Assembly: GCA_965204725.1 (NCBI GenBank)
Contig: OZ242005.1
Location: 1,856,001 to 1,920,000 of the forward strand
Length of the DNA stretch: 64,000 nucleotides
From: Candidatus Latescibacterota bacterium
GTDB taxonomy: Bacteria; Latescibacterota; UBA2968; UBA8231
Direction: 5' to 3'
Shown in pieces: positions 8,690-17,916 of the stretch. Position numbers and translations under genes: made by a program. Below the pieces are notes generated by a model, which was given only the letters and a program-made list of their open reading frames with translations, was not told the DNA's origin and did no database searches. Within the stretch, counting starts at the first letter, position 1. The number at the start of each line of letters is the position of its first letter.

Positions 8690-9526
8690 CTATAGATGAT
8701 GAACAGCGGCAGCGGCAAAGGCTTCGTGATATTCCTCTTTAGCGACGAGGTGCTGCTCTAGCCGATCAATCAGTCCCATAAGCTCATCAACCTTGGCGAC
8801 GATGCGGTGTTGCTCGGCGAGGGGTGGAGTCGGTATAGAAATGAGCGCGAAATCCTTGCCTGATATTTCCTTAAAGGTCGTTCCCGTGGCCTGAGCGTCG
8901 ATTCCAGGACCTGCTTGTCTGAGGAAGATATAAAGGAACTCGGACATGGCTGGAATATAGGGCACACAAGACTTGAAGCCTTGGTTGGTGCTGAGCGGGT
9001 TAGCAGCGACACCAACGTGTCCAATCGGTGCCCGGCACGAAAACAAGACCGAACCTATCGGCAGCATCTGAGCAGACGATCTATTGAGTCCCTCAACGGT
9101 AATGTCGCGAGCTCCCCGCGAGATGTAACGGGAGGGCTGATTTCGCATATCAGCGGGTGTTACCCAAGGAATATCTTGCTCATCGCTCCAAAAAGAAGAT
9201 TCACTACTTCTCGGAGTGCCGCCTCCCACTATCGCACTAACATCACCTAGACGAAGCCACTGCCACGTTTCGGGAGTTTCAAAGGGTTTTTGTTCAACAG
9301 AGATTCCGCAGGAATAACGGGGTTTGGTGATCACTTTTTCTGAAAGGAGCCGTTGCTTACCCTCCGCCAAATCGGCAATCAACCTGCCCACCGGCTCGTC
9401 ATCCGGCCTCTGTTCCACCAACCGCCCCCGCACCGCAAGCCGAAGCACCAACGCCCTGAGCCGCTCAACCCCTCCCGGTGCCTCGGCGATCACATCAAAC
9501 GCGGCGATGAACTCCCCCAGCGTCAT
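8690..9526 (-). CDS. hsdS: Type I R-M specificity subunit with a single TRD (half-size)
   Basis: LAVRGRLVEQ, PFETPETWQWLRLG, GGGTP, RAPIG, TNQGFK, PPLAEQHRIVAKVDELM; only 278 aa. Confidence 0.85.
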   Translation of the reverse strand: MTLGEFIAAFDVIAEAPGGVERLRALVLRLAVRGRLVEQRPDDEPVGRLIADLAEGKQRLLSEKVITKPRYSCGISVEQKPFETPETWQWLRLGDVSAIVGGGTPRSSESSFWSDEQDIPWVTPADMRNQPSRYISRGARDITVEGLNRSSAQMLPIGSVLFSCRAPIGHVGVAANPLSTNQGFKSCVPYIPAMSEFLYIFLRQAGPGIDAQATGTTFKEISGKDFALISIPTPPLAEQHRIVAKVDELMGLIDRLEQHLVAKEEYHEAFAAAAVHHL

Positions 9527-11031
9527 GCCGTCCGCTCCAATGCCTCAGCCAACGCCCGCTTTAGCTGCGCCCGCACTTTTGCCGCTGCCGCTCGTTCCTG
9601 CTCATACAACGCCAGCAGTTCACCCGGGTCGCCGTGTCCGCCCGCAACCGCGTTGGGATTGGCCATGTCGAGGTTGAAGCCGCGCTCGCGGATTTCGTCG
9701 ATGCCCACCTTCCAAGCGAACTCGTTTTCAGCCCGATTGTCCCACCACGCCTTCTCCGGCGCAAACTCCTCAATCCGCATCGGCTTGGTCTTGGAGTACG
9801 ACTTGTAGCCCTCTGGGTAGGGATGCTCGTAATACCAAACCTCGGTGGTCGGCCTCCCCTTCTCGAAAAACAGCACATTGGTCTTGATCCCGGTGTACGG
9901 CGCGAACACCCCGTTGGGCAGGCGCACGATGGTGTGCAACTCGCACTCGGCAAGCAGGCGTTCTTTCAGGCGCGTCTTCACCCCTTCGCCAAACAACGTG
10001 CCATCCGGCAACACCACCGCAGCCCGCCCCCCGAGCTTGAGCAACTCAACGATCAGCACCAAGAACAGGTCCGCAGTCTCGCGGGTGCGGAACTCATGCG
10101 GGAAATTATGCTCAATGCCGTCCTCCTCCATGCCGCCAAACGGCGGATTGGTGAGCACCACATCGACTCGGTCGCCCATGCCGATGTCGCGCAGGGGCCG
10201 GGCGAGCGTATTATCGTGCCGAATGTCCGTCGGCACATCAAGGCCGTGGACGATCATGTTGGTGACACACAGCAGATGCGGCAGGGGCTTCTTCTCGACC
10301 CCTTGAATGCTCGCCTGAAGCTGCGCCTCTTGCGCTGGCGTCTTCACGTCCCGCCGCCGAATGTGCTCAATGGCGCACGTCAAAAAGCCGCCGGTGCCGC
10401 AGGCCGGGTCTAAAATGGTCTCCCCGAGGCGGGGATCAATCATGTCAACCGCGAATTGAGTCACCGCTCGTGGCGTGTAGTATTCGCCGGCGTTTCCGGC
10501 ACTCTGGAGGTCTTTGAGCAGTTGCTCGTAGATGTTGCCGAACAAGTGCCGGTTCGTAGCGTCGTTGAAGTCGATGTCAGCCTCGATCTTGTTGACCACC
10601 TGCCGCAGCAGGGTGCCGGACTTCATGTATTGGTAAGCGTCCTCAAAAACGCCGCGCACCAAGCGACGGCGGCTCATCCGCACCCCCTCTTCCGCACTCG
10701 GCGGCTCAACCTCCATGCCCTTGAGCGCGGGAAACAGCGTCTCGTTGACAAAGGCGAGCAGCCTATCGCCGGTGGCCCCTTCCCGGTCCGCAGCCCAAGC
10801 ACTCCAGCGCAAGTCCTCAGCGGTGCGGGTCTCGCCTTCCTCCATCCAAGTTACGTCAACCAACGGAGACGCAAAGCCCTCTTCAAGCAGTTCCAATTCC
10901 TGCTCGCGGTCATTCCATATCTTGAGAAACAGCAGCCAGACGAGTTGACCAATGCGCTGGGCATCGCCATCGACACCCACGTCCTTGCGCATGATGTCTT
11001 GGATAGACTTGATGGTAGTAGATAGAGACAC
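9523..11031 (-). CDS. hsdM: Type I R-M N6-adenine methyltransferase
   Basis: IKSIQDIMRKDVGVDGDAQR, GEYYTPR, DPACGTGGFL, NPPF. Confidence 0.95.
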   Translation of the reverse strand: MSLSTTIKSIQDIMRKDVGVDGDAQRIGQLVWLLFLKIWNDREQELELLEEGFASPLVDVTWMEEGETRTAEDLRWSAWAADREGATGDRLLAFVNETLFPALKGMEVEPPSAEEGVRMSRRRLVRGVFEDAYQYMKSGTLLRQVVNKIEADIDFNDATNRHLFGNIYEQLLKDLQSAGNAGEYYTPRAVTQFAVDMIDPRLGETILDPACGTGGFLTCAIEHIRRRDVKTPAQEAQLQASIQGVEKKPLPHLLCVTNMIVHGLDVPTDIRHDNTLARPLRDIGMGDRVDVVLTNPPFGGMEEDGIEHNFPHEFRTRETADLFLVLIVELLKLGGRAAVVLPDGTLFGEGVKTRLKERLLAECELHTIVRLPNGVFAPYTGIKTNVLFFEKGRPTTEVWYYEHPYPEGYKSYSKTKPMRIEEFAPEKAWWDNRAENEFAWKVGIDEIRERGFNLDMANPNAVAGGHGDPGELLALYEQERAAAAKVRAQLKRALAEALERTA

Positions 11032-11056
11032 GGCTCAGGATCATCCTTTCGCTATG

Positions 11057-11216
11057 TATAGCCGTCCTAAATGACTTGCAAGTGTAGAGATGCTTCGACT
11101 GCGCTTCGCTTCGCTCAGCATGACACACAGACGGGCACTTCGTGCCCCAGATCCTGTCATACTGAGCGAAGCGAAGTATCTCATACCCAAAACGCCATGC
11201 AGAACAGCCCTTATGA
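11057..11216. repeat. REP/MITE-like palindromic element (family C, TGTCAT.CTGAGCGAAGCGAAG.ATCTC)
   Basis: Inverted arms near 11087-11124 and 11156-11182; 11157-11217 recurs inverted at 35169-35230; the TATAGCCGTCCTAAATGACTT end recurs inverted near 61906-61926. Confidence 0.75.
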
Positions 11217-11232
11217 ATAATGAACTCAGGCA

Positions 11233-13545
11233 CTAGGCGGCGGTATCGTAGATGGCCGCTGCGAGCTCCTGCACGGCGGCGATGTACTCGTCTCTACCGC
11301 CGAAGTGCCGAACCAACTCCATCGGGGTCCCGAGGTCGGACAGCGGCTGCACACGCAGGACGCCCAAGTCTTCAACCGAGGCCAGTCCTTCGTCTGCATA
11401 CTTATCGAGCAGAGCATCGAGCACGGCGCGGGCCTGTGCGCCGTAGCGGGTAAATACATCCCGCTTCTTCACGTTCTCAGCCCGCTCGCGCCGAGTGAGC
11501 GGGGGCTGGCCATAGACCACGCGGCAGATCAGGTCAAAGGCGTCCAGGTCTTGGCCTCCCTGCTCGCGCAACTCCTCGAACAACACGCCCTGCTCGCGCA
11601 ACTCCTCGATCACCTCGGCCTTGCGGTCCGCCTCAGACCAGCGGCGCAAGAAGGCGTCTAAGGTGGCGTACTCTCGCTGCACGGTCTTGCGCGTGTAGTC
11701 GGTCAGGGACTCGGTGATGAGCCGACCGTCGCGGTCGAGATACTGGACGCGCTCGGCCATGACCTCGACCACGACATCGCTGACGACGTACCGCGTCGCA
11801 CCTTTGGGCGATGGGTCCGCCTCGCTGGCCTCCAAGATAACAGACTCGCCGCTGCCGCCGGGTGCATAAGCGATGACCGGCTCGCCATCAAAGTCCGGGT
11901 CGGCGAACAACTCGGTCGCCTTTTTGAAATCCATGATGGTGAACCAAAACTTGCCCGCGTCCTCGTGAATGCGGGTGCCGCGCCCGATGATCTGCTTGAA
12001 CTCAATAAGCGACTCAATGCGCTGGTCGAGCACAACCAGCTTGCAGGTCCTCACATCTACTCCGGTCGTCAAGAGCTTCGAGGTAGTAGCGATGACTGGA
12101 TAGCGTCGCTCGGGGTGAATGAAGTCGTCGAGCGCGAGCCGACCCTCCTCGCTGTCGCCGGTGATGCGGACCACGAACTTTGAAGCATTACCCGCTTCCT
12201 GCGGCAGACGCTCAGCGACCTCGTTGACGAATGCCGAACGCATTCGCTCGGCATGATCGACGTTCTCGCAGAAGACGATGGTCTTGCCGTAGGGGTCCGT
12301 CTCCAACAGATACGCGACGACCTTCTCAGCGACGCGCCGGGTGCGCTCGTTTAGGACCAGTTCCCGATCCATATCGCGCTGGTTATAGACGCGATCTGCG
12401 ATCTCCCGGCCGAGGTCGTCGGTCATGCCGGTCGGGGGCCGCCACCCCTGCAAGTCCTTGTCGAGGTCAACGCGCACGACCTTGAACGGCGCGAGAAAAC
12501 CGTCGTCAATGCCCTGCTTGAGACTATAGGTATAGATGGGATCGCCAAAATAACGGAGCGTACTAACCCCGGGGGTCTCCTTCGGCGTCGCCGTAAGCCC
12601 GAGTTGGACGGCCGGCTCGAAGTAATCGAGGATCTCTCGCCAAGCACTCGCCTCGCGGGCGCTGCCCCGGTGGCACTCGTCAATAACCACCAAGTCGAAA
12701 AATTCCCGGCTGAACTGCCGGTAAATGTTCTTCTCCTCCTCGTTGCCGCTGACTGCTTGGTAGAGCGCGATGTAAATCTCGTAACTCGGGTCCATATCGC
12801 GGTTGCGGACCTTGGTCATCACCGAGCCAAAAGGCTTGAAGTCGTTGGTGACGGTCTGGTCCGCGAGGATATTCCGGTCCACGAGGAACAGCACCCGCTT
12901 GACCTTCCCGGCCTTCCACAGCCGCCATATAATCTGAAAGACGGTGAACGTCTTGCCGGTGCCGGTGGCCATGACCATCAGCACCCGACGCTGTCCCCGT
13001 GCAATGGCCTCGACCGCCCGCTGAATGGCAACGCGCTGATAGTACCGAAGCTCCTTGTCGGCTAGGTCTGCATAGTAAGGCTGCCGTGCGAGCTTATCGG
13101 ATGCTTCGTCGAGTCCCTTCCAAGCCCGGTATCGCCGCCACAACTCGTCCGGGGACGGGAACTCGTCCAGACCGATTTGCTTTTCTATGGAGGCCGACTG
13201 GCCGGTGCGGTCGTGGAACAGGAAGGCGTCGCCATTGGACGAAAACACAAACGGCACGTCGAGAGCTTCGGCATAGCCAAGTGCCTGCTGCATCCCACCG
13301 CCGACCGGGTGGCTGTTGTCCTTGGCCTCAACTACGGCGAGCGGAAGGTTCGGCTGGCAGAATAGCAAATAGTCAGCGCGCTTCTTCTTGCCGCGTACTC
13401 CTAACTTGCCCCGGACAATGACCTGCCCAGCAGTAAAGGTGTATTCGCGGCGGACCTGTGTGCGCTGATCCCACCCTGATCGGACGATCGCCGGGGTGAT
13501 AAAGGCATCGCATATCTCTGCTTCGTTCAGGAGCTTCTTGTCCAT
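11233..13545 (-). CDS. hsdR: Type I R-M restriction subunit (EcoAI/EcoEI-like)
   Basis: ADYLL..VVEAK nuclease motif, MATGTGKT, IDECHRGSA, LTATP, QIIGRGTR, EcoEI-type C-terminus. Confidence 0.95.
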   Translation of the reverse strand: MDKKLLNEAEICDAFITPAIVRSGWDQRTQVRREYTFTAGQVIVRGKLGVRGKKKRADYLLFCQPNLPLAVVEAKDNSHPVGGGMQQALGYAEALDVPFVFSSNGDAFLFHDRTGQSASIEKQIGLDEFPSPDELWRRYRAWKGLDEASDKLARQPYYADLADKELRYYQRVAIQRAVEAIARGQRRVLMVMATGTGKTFTVFQIIWRLWKAGKVKRVLFLVDRNILADQTVTNDFKPFGSVMTKVRNRDMDPSYEIYIALYQAVSGNEEEKNIYRQFSREFFDLVVIDECHRGSAREASAWREILDYFEPAVQLGLTATPKETPGVSTLRYFGDPIYTYSLKQGIDDGFLAPFKVVRVDLDKDLQGWRPPTGMTDDLGREIADRVYNQRDMDRELVLNERTRRVAEKVVAYLLETDPYGKTIVFCENVDHAERMRSAFVNEVAERLPQEAGNASKFVVRITGDSEEGRLALDDFIHPERRYPVIATTSKLLTTGVDVRTCKLVVLDQRIESLIEFKQIIGRGTRIHEDAGKFWFTIMDFKKATELFADPDFDGEPVIAYAPGGSGESVILEASEADPSPKGATRYVVSDVVVEVMAERVQYLDRDGRLITESLTDYTRKTVQREYATLDAFLRRWSEADRKAEVIEELREQGVLFEELREQGGQDLDAFDLICRVVYGQPPLTRRERAENVKKRDVFTRYGAQARAVLDALLDKYADEGLASVEDLGVLRVQPLSDLGTPMELVRHFGGRDEYIAAVQELAAAIYDTAA

Positions 13546-13569
13546 CGCTGGTCCTTCAACAAGCGTCCC

Positions 13570-14118
13570 TCAAAATACATCGTCGATCGTCAACGCGAAG
13601 CCCCCCAACGTCGGCGACTCCAACGTCTCCCCTTCCCCGTAAATACCCTCGACCGCAAAGCCGCGCTCGCCCAACAGCAGGACCGTTATGGTCTTTGCAT
13701 CCGTATCCACCATCCAGTACTCTCCCACGCCATGCTCGGCATACAGCGCATATTTGAACGTCTTGTCGCGTTCCGCTGTCGAGGGGGACAGGATTTCGAC
13801 GACTAAGTCCGGTCCCCCCTGAATGTTCGCCGGGGTGATGATGTGAGCACGCGCATTGGAGACGAAAATCAGATCGGGCTGCACCACGTCCCAGTCCGAC
13901 AGCACCACGTCAAAGGGCGCGGAATACACCTTCCCCAAGCGATTCTCCGCCACGAATTGAACCAGTTTCCATCCGAGCCGGATAGAAACGCTCTGGTGAC
14001 GTTCTCCCGGTGCAAGGGCCATAACCAACTCTCCGTCCAGAAGTTCGTAACGCTCGTCTTCCGGCGCATTTAGGTAATCTTCGTAGGTAAACTTGATTGC
14101 GGGATTGGGAATGGCCAT
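13570..14118 (-). CDS. Uma2 family endonuclease
   Basis: TYEDYL..PEDERYELLDG, VVQPDL, PDLVVEILSPST, YAEHGVGEYW; start at MAIPNP. Confidence 0.9.
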   Translation of the reverse strand: MAIPNPAIKFTYEDYLNAPEDERYELLDGELVMALAPGERHQSVSIRLGWKLVQFVAENRLGKVYSAPFDVVLSDWDVVQPDLIFVSNARAHIITPANIQGGPDLVVEILSPSTAERDKTFKYALYAEHGVGEYWMVDTDAKTITVLLLGERGFAVEGIYGEGETLESPTLGGFALTIDDVF

Positions 14119-14157
14119 GGTTGCTATCCTCTCTCGGGTCTCGGGTATAAGAGGCGG

Positions 14158-14297
14158 ATCCCTAAGTACGCGACACTTACTTTGCTTAGACCTTTTTCGG
14201 TTCCCGCTACGTCCCCAGGATCGAGGGCGTCCCGCCCTCGACGAGGGCAAGATGCCCTCGATCCTTGGAAGGCTAGCGGCTAGTGTCGTGTAGTAAG
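14158..14297. mobile_element. MITE-like element containing a family A REP doublet
   Basis: Imperfect TIRs CTAAGTACGCGACAC ... GTGTCGTGTAGTAAG; internal GGATCGAGGGCGTCCCGCCCTCGACGAGGGCAAGATGCCCTCGATCC (14218-14264). Confidence 0.7.
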
Positions 14298-14455
14298 GGC
14301 GGAGCCTCCTCACCTATTCAGGTAAATCTGTCTATAAATTAAACAATCGGCAAAAATCCCCACGGTTCGCTCCGCTTTTTCTCCCCAACCTCTTTTTCTA
14401 ATTTACCAACTCATAAAAAAGTCGGCATGGCAACGCCTCGAGAAAGGATCACAGC

Positions 14456-15412
14456 GTGAAGGTCGTACTGACATTTGACATGGGAGCGGCCTACGTCGAA
14501 GAATTGCGGATGGCGTTTCCCGAGTTAGACTTTTGCCCGGCGTATCGCGAAGCCGAGCAGGTGCGGGAGGTCGTGGATGCGGAGGTTGTGTTTGGACTGA
14601 TTACGCGGCCGGTGTTTTTGGCCGCTCCCCAACTCAAGTGGTTTCACTTTGTGGGCATCGGCTTCGACCCGGTCGTGCGCGCGATACCGGAATTTCGCAC
14701 GAGTTCGGTGGTGATGACCAATGCGCGCGAGACGCACGTCATCCCCATGGCCGACCACGTCTTGGCCGCGATACTCGCCCACGCCCACCGAATTCCCGAG
14801 CTGCTCAAAGACCAGCGCAACCGCCAGTGGAACACCGAGCACTACCTGCGGCGCATCATCGAATTGGCCGGCACCAAGATGGGCGTACTGGCGATGGGAG
14901 ACATTGGCCGGGCCGTGGCCACGCGGGCCGCGGCCTTTGGGATCGAGGTGTACGCGGTGGATATCTTGCCGATGACGCCACCACCGGGAGTGTGCGCGGT
15001 GTGGCCGGTCGAGCGGTTGGACGAGATGCTGGAGCAAAGCGATTGGCTGGTGGTGACGGCCCCGCGGACCGCGGCGACAGCCGGTATGCTCAACCGGCAA
15101 CGGCTCGCCTTGCTCAAAGAAGGGGCGTTTGTGGTCGTCGTCTCGCGCGGAGGGATCGTCGATGAGGATGCGCTGGCCGAAGGTTTGCACGCCGGCCGGA
15201 TCGGCGGCGCCGCGCTCGACGCGACGGCAATCGAGCCGCTGCCGCCCGACAGCCCGCTGTGGGACGCGCCCAACATGCTGATCTCGCCGCATGTCTCGGC
15301 CGAGTCCGTGCAACTGATCGAACGCCGCAAGGCCATCTTCAAGGAAAATTTGCGCCGCTATGTAGCGGACGCAGCCCTGTTGAACGTATGCGATCTAGAG
15401 AAAGGGTACTAA
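14456..15412 (+). CDS. D-2-hydroxyacid dehydrogenase family protein
   Basis: MTNARE, GDIGRAVA, VSRGGIVDEDAL, LDAT..EPLP, ISPHVS. Confidence 0.88.
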   Translation: MKVVLTFDMGAAYVEELRMAFPELDFCPAYREAEQVREVVDAEVVFGLITRPVFLAAPQLKWFHFVGIGFDPVVRAIPEFRTSSVVMTNARETHVIPMADHVLAAILAHAHRIPELLKDQRNRQWNTEHYLRRIIELAGTKMGVLAMGDIGRAVATRAAAFGIEVYAVDILPMTPPPGVCAVWPVERLDEMLEQSDWLVVTAPRTAATAGMLNRQRLALLKEGAFVVVVSRGGIVDEDALAEGLHAGRIGGAALDATAIEPLPPDSPLWDAPNMLISPHVSAESVQLIERRKAIFKENLRRYVADAALLNVCDLEKGY

Positions 15413-16662
15413 TGACGGCCAAACCCCACCTGCCCCCATCCCCCATAGACGCGGGCAAAGTCACCGTAACCGCGATTGAGTCGGTGCAGCCGCTCGATTT
15501 GTTCCCCGACTTGCTGCTGGTGCGCGTCCACACCGACGCCGGCCTCATCGGCCACGGCGAAACGTACTATTGCGCCGAGGCCGTGCAGGCCATGCTACAC
15601 GACTGGATGGCGCGTCGGCTGTTGGGCGAGGACGCGCTGGCCATTGAGTCTCACTGGCGCTTCCTCTACGAGCGGGCCGCAAATTTTGGCGTCCGCGGCA
15701 CCGAGCTCCGCGCCTTGTCGGCGCTGGACGTGGCGCTGTGGGACCTGCTCGGCCAAGTCTGCAACCAGCCCATATATCGCCTGCTCGGCGGGCCGGTGCG
15801 CGACAAAATTCTGGTGTACAACAGTTGCGGCAATCCCCAGTACGGGCCGAGTACCACCGGGCGCAGGGGGTGGCCGGGCTTTGGCACCATTGGCGAGCCG
15901 GGGCCGCTGGGCGATTCGTGGAAGCTGTTCCACGAGCCGGTCGCGCTGGCCGAGGAGTTGGTCGCGCTGGGCTATAGCGGGTTAAAGGTCTGGCCCTTTG
16001 ATCAAGCGGCCATCCAGTACGGGCCGGCGCGCATTCCGCACCGCGCCATTGAAGAAGGCGTCCAGCCCTTGCGTGCGATCCGCGACAAGGTGGGGATGGA
16101 CCTCGACATCTTCGTCGATGGCCACGCCCATTTCCAGCTCCCGGCGGCGCTGCGCATTGCCGAGGCGTTGCGCGAAGTGCAGCCGCTGTGGCTGGAGGAC
16201 GTGATCAAGATGGACAACCTCGACACCGTAGCCGACTTCCGCCGCCAGAGCCGGATGCCCATCTCCGTGAGCGAGATGCTGCTAAGCCGGGCCGATTACA
16301 ACTCCGTCCTCATGCACCAAGCCGCCGATTACGCGATGATCGACCCGACTTGGGTCGGCGGGATTTCCGAGACAGCGCGAATCGCCCATCTGGCCCAGAC
16401 CTATAACGTGCCGGTCAGTATGCACGACTGCACCGGCCCGCTGACGCTCTTTGCCGGCTTGCACGTGGGGGCCGCAGTGGCCAACTGCTGTTATCAGGAA
16501 ACCGTGCGGGCGCAAATCCAGACGGTGTATCGAGAATTGATCGACGTAGAGGTAGAAATCAAAGACGGATACGTGCGTCTGCCCCAAGGCAGCGGCTTGG
16601 GGGTCCGCCTAAACCCCGATTTGTTCAAGCCAGAACGACCGGGCTATCGGATTTCTCATTAG
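15412..16662 (+). CDS. Mandelate racemase/enolase superfamily (galactonate dehydratase-like)
   Basis: VHTDAGLIGHGET, ALDVALWD, GLKVWPF, WLED, HDCTGP. Confidence 0.88.
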   Translation: MTAKPHLPPSPIDAGKVTVTAIESVQPLDLFPDLLLVRVHTDAGLIGHGETYYCAEAVQAMLHDWMARRLLGEDALAIESHWRFLYERAANFGVRGTELRALSALDVALWDLLGQVCNQPIYRLLGGPVRDKILVYNSCGNPQYGPSTTGRRGWPGFGTIGEPGPLGDSWKLFHEPVALAEELVALGYSGLKVWPFDQAAIQYGPARIPHRAIEEGVQPLRAIRDKVGMDLDIFVDGHAHFQLPAALRIAEALREVQPLWLEDVIKMDNLDTVADFRRQSRMPISVSEMLLSRADYNSVLMHQAADYAMIDPTWVGGISETARIAHLAQTYNVPVSMHDCTGPLTLFAGLHVGAAVANCCYQETVRAQIQTVYRELIDVEVEIKDGYVRLPQGSGLGVRLNPDLFKPERPGYRISH

Positions 16663-16692
16663 CTTTTCACTTTCCACCGCAAGGAGCTTCCC

Positions 16693-17916
16693 ATGAAAAT
16701 CGCCCATATCGAGCAAATCCCCATCGCCATGCCCCTAGCCCAGCGCTACGACAATCACGCCGGCCGCATGCGCATGTACGACATGGACCAACACCTAGTG
16801 GTTAAAGTTCACGGCGACAACGGGTTGGTCGGCTACGGTGACTACGAGGACAATCCCAATCCCACCCCCCAAGCCGCGATTGACGCGCTCATCGGCACCA
16901 GTCCTTTCGACTATTTGCTCAACAATTTCCACCTCGCCTTGGGCATGGCACTCTACGACCTGATGGGCAAGTACTTGGGCGTCCCCGCGTACAAGCTAAT
17001 GGGGCAAAAAGTGCGCGACGTCGCCCCCTGCGCCGCTTGGACCCGCCCCTGTCCCCCCGACGTTTTCGCCGGCGAGATCCAGCGCGCCGTAGATCAGGGC
17101 TACCGCGTCTTCAAAATGCACTCGGACGCCCGCTACGACGTCATTGAGCAGACCCGAGCGGCGGAAAAAGTGGCACCGCCCGGCTTCAAATTGCACTGGG
17201 ATCTCAATCACAACCGCACCCTAGGCACGGTCCTGCCCATTGTCGCCGAGTTAGAAAAATCACCGATCGTCGGGTTTATCGAAGACCCGCTGGTGTGGAG
17301 TGACATTGATGGCTGGCGCACCCTGCGCGAGAAGACCAAAATCCCCCTCGTCATGCACGTCCCCCAGTTGGGCGGCATCCAAGAAGTGATCCGCGGCGTC
17401 GCCGATATCTACATGATTGGCGGACGCCTTGGCGACACCCTGACCTCGGGTTTTGCCTACGGCAAGGCCAACGTCCAGTGCCTAATCCAGCAATGCGGCA
17501 ATACCCTGATGAAGGCCCTCACCCTGCACCAAGCGGCCGTCCTGCCCACGGCTTCGGCCCATATCATCACCCTAGACGACCAGTTCGAGTCCGATATTGC
17601 CGAAAAAATTCCAGTCGTTGAGGGCTTTTCACCCGTACCCGAAGGCCCGGGGCTGGGCGTGGAAGTACGAGAAGAAGCGCTGGCTCAAGCCGCGGCCCGC
17701 GCCCATCTGCCTAGCGCCTCCTACATCGGCGTGCTGCATTTTGCCGGCGGCCATAAAGCCTACAGCTTGGGTAGCCCCAACATCAACCGCCTGACCGGCA
17801 CCGAAGAGGGCCGCCTTGCTGGCCTCAACTTTGAGTACTGGACCGACGACGGCTCGGCCGAATACGCCCGCGTCCTCAAGCGCTTGCAGGAGGAAGGGCC
17901 GTTTATCGAGGGCTAG
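16693..17916 (+). CDS. Mandelate racemase/muconate lactonizing enzyme family protein
   Basis: MALYDLMGK, FKMH, WDLN, FIEDP, VPEGPGLGVEV. Confidence 0.85.
   Translation: MKIAHIEQIPIAMPLAQRYDNHAGRMRMYDMDQHLVVKVHGDNGLVGYGDYEDNPNPTPQAAIDALIGTSPFDYLLNNFHLALGMALYDLMGKYLGVPAYKLMGQKVRDVAPCAAWTRPCPPDVFAGEIQRAVDQGYRVFKMHSDARYDVIEQTRAAEKVAPPGFKLHWDLNHNRTLGTVLPIVAELEKSPIVGFIEDPLVWSDIDGWRTLREKTKIPLVMHVPQLGGIQEVIRGVADIYMIGGRLGDTLTSGFAYGKANVQCLIQQCGNTLMKALTLHQAAVLPTASAHIITLDDQFESDIAEKIPVVEGFSPVPEGPGLGVEVREEALAQAAARAHLPSASYIGVLHFAGGHKAYSLGSPNINRLTGTEEGRLAGLNFEYWTDDGSAEYARVLKRLQEEGPFIEG

Noticed and set aside
14119-14313. N-terminal extensions and short ORFs containing RIEGILPS / [15 protein letters not shown] (also near 51409, 52381, 62239-62831)
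   Set aside because: These are translations of intergenic REP/MITE sequence; better starts with RBS lie downstream.
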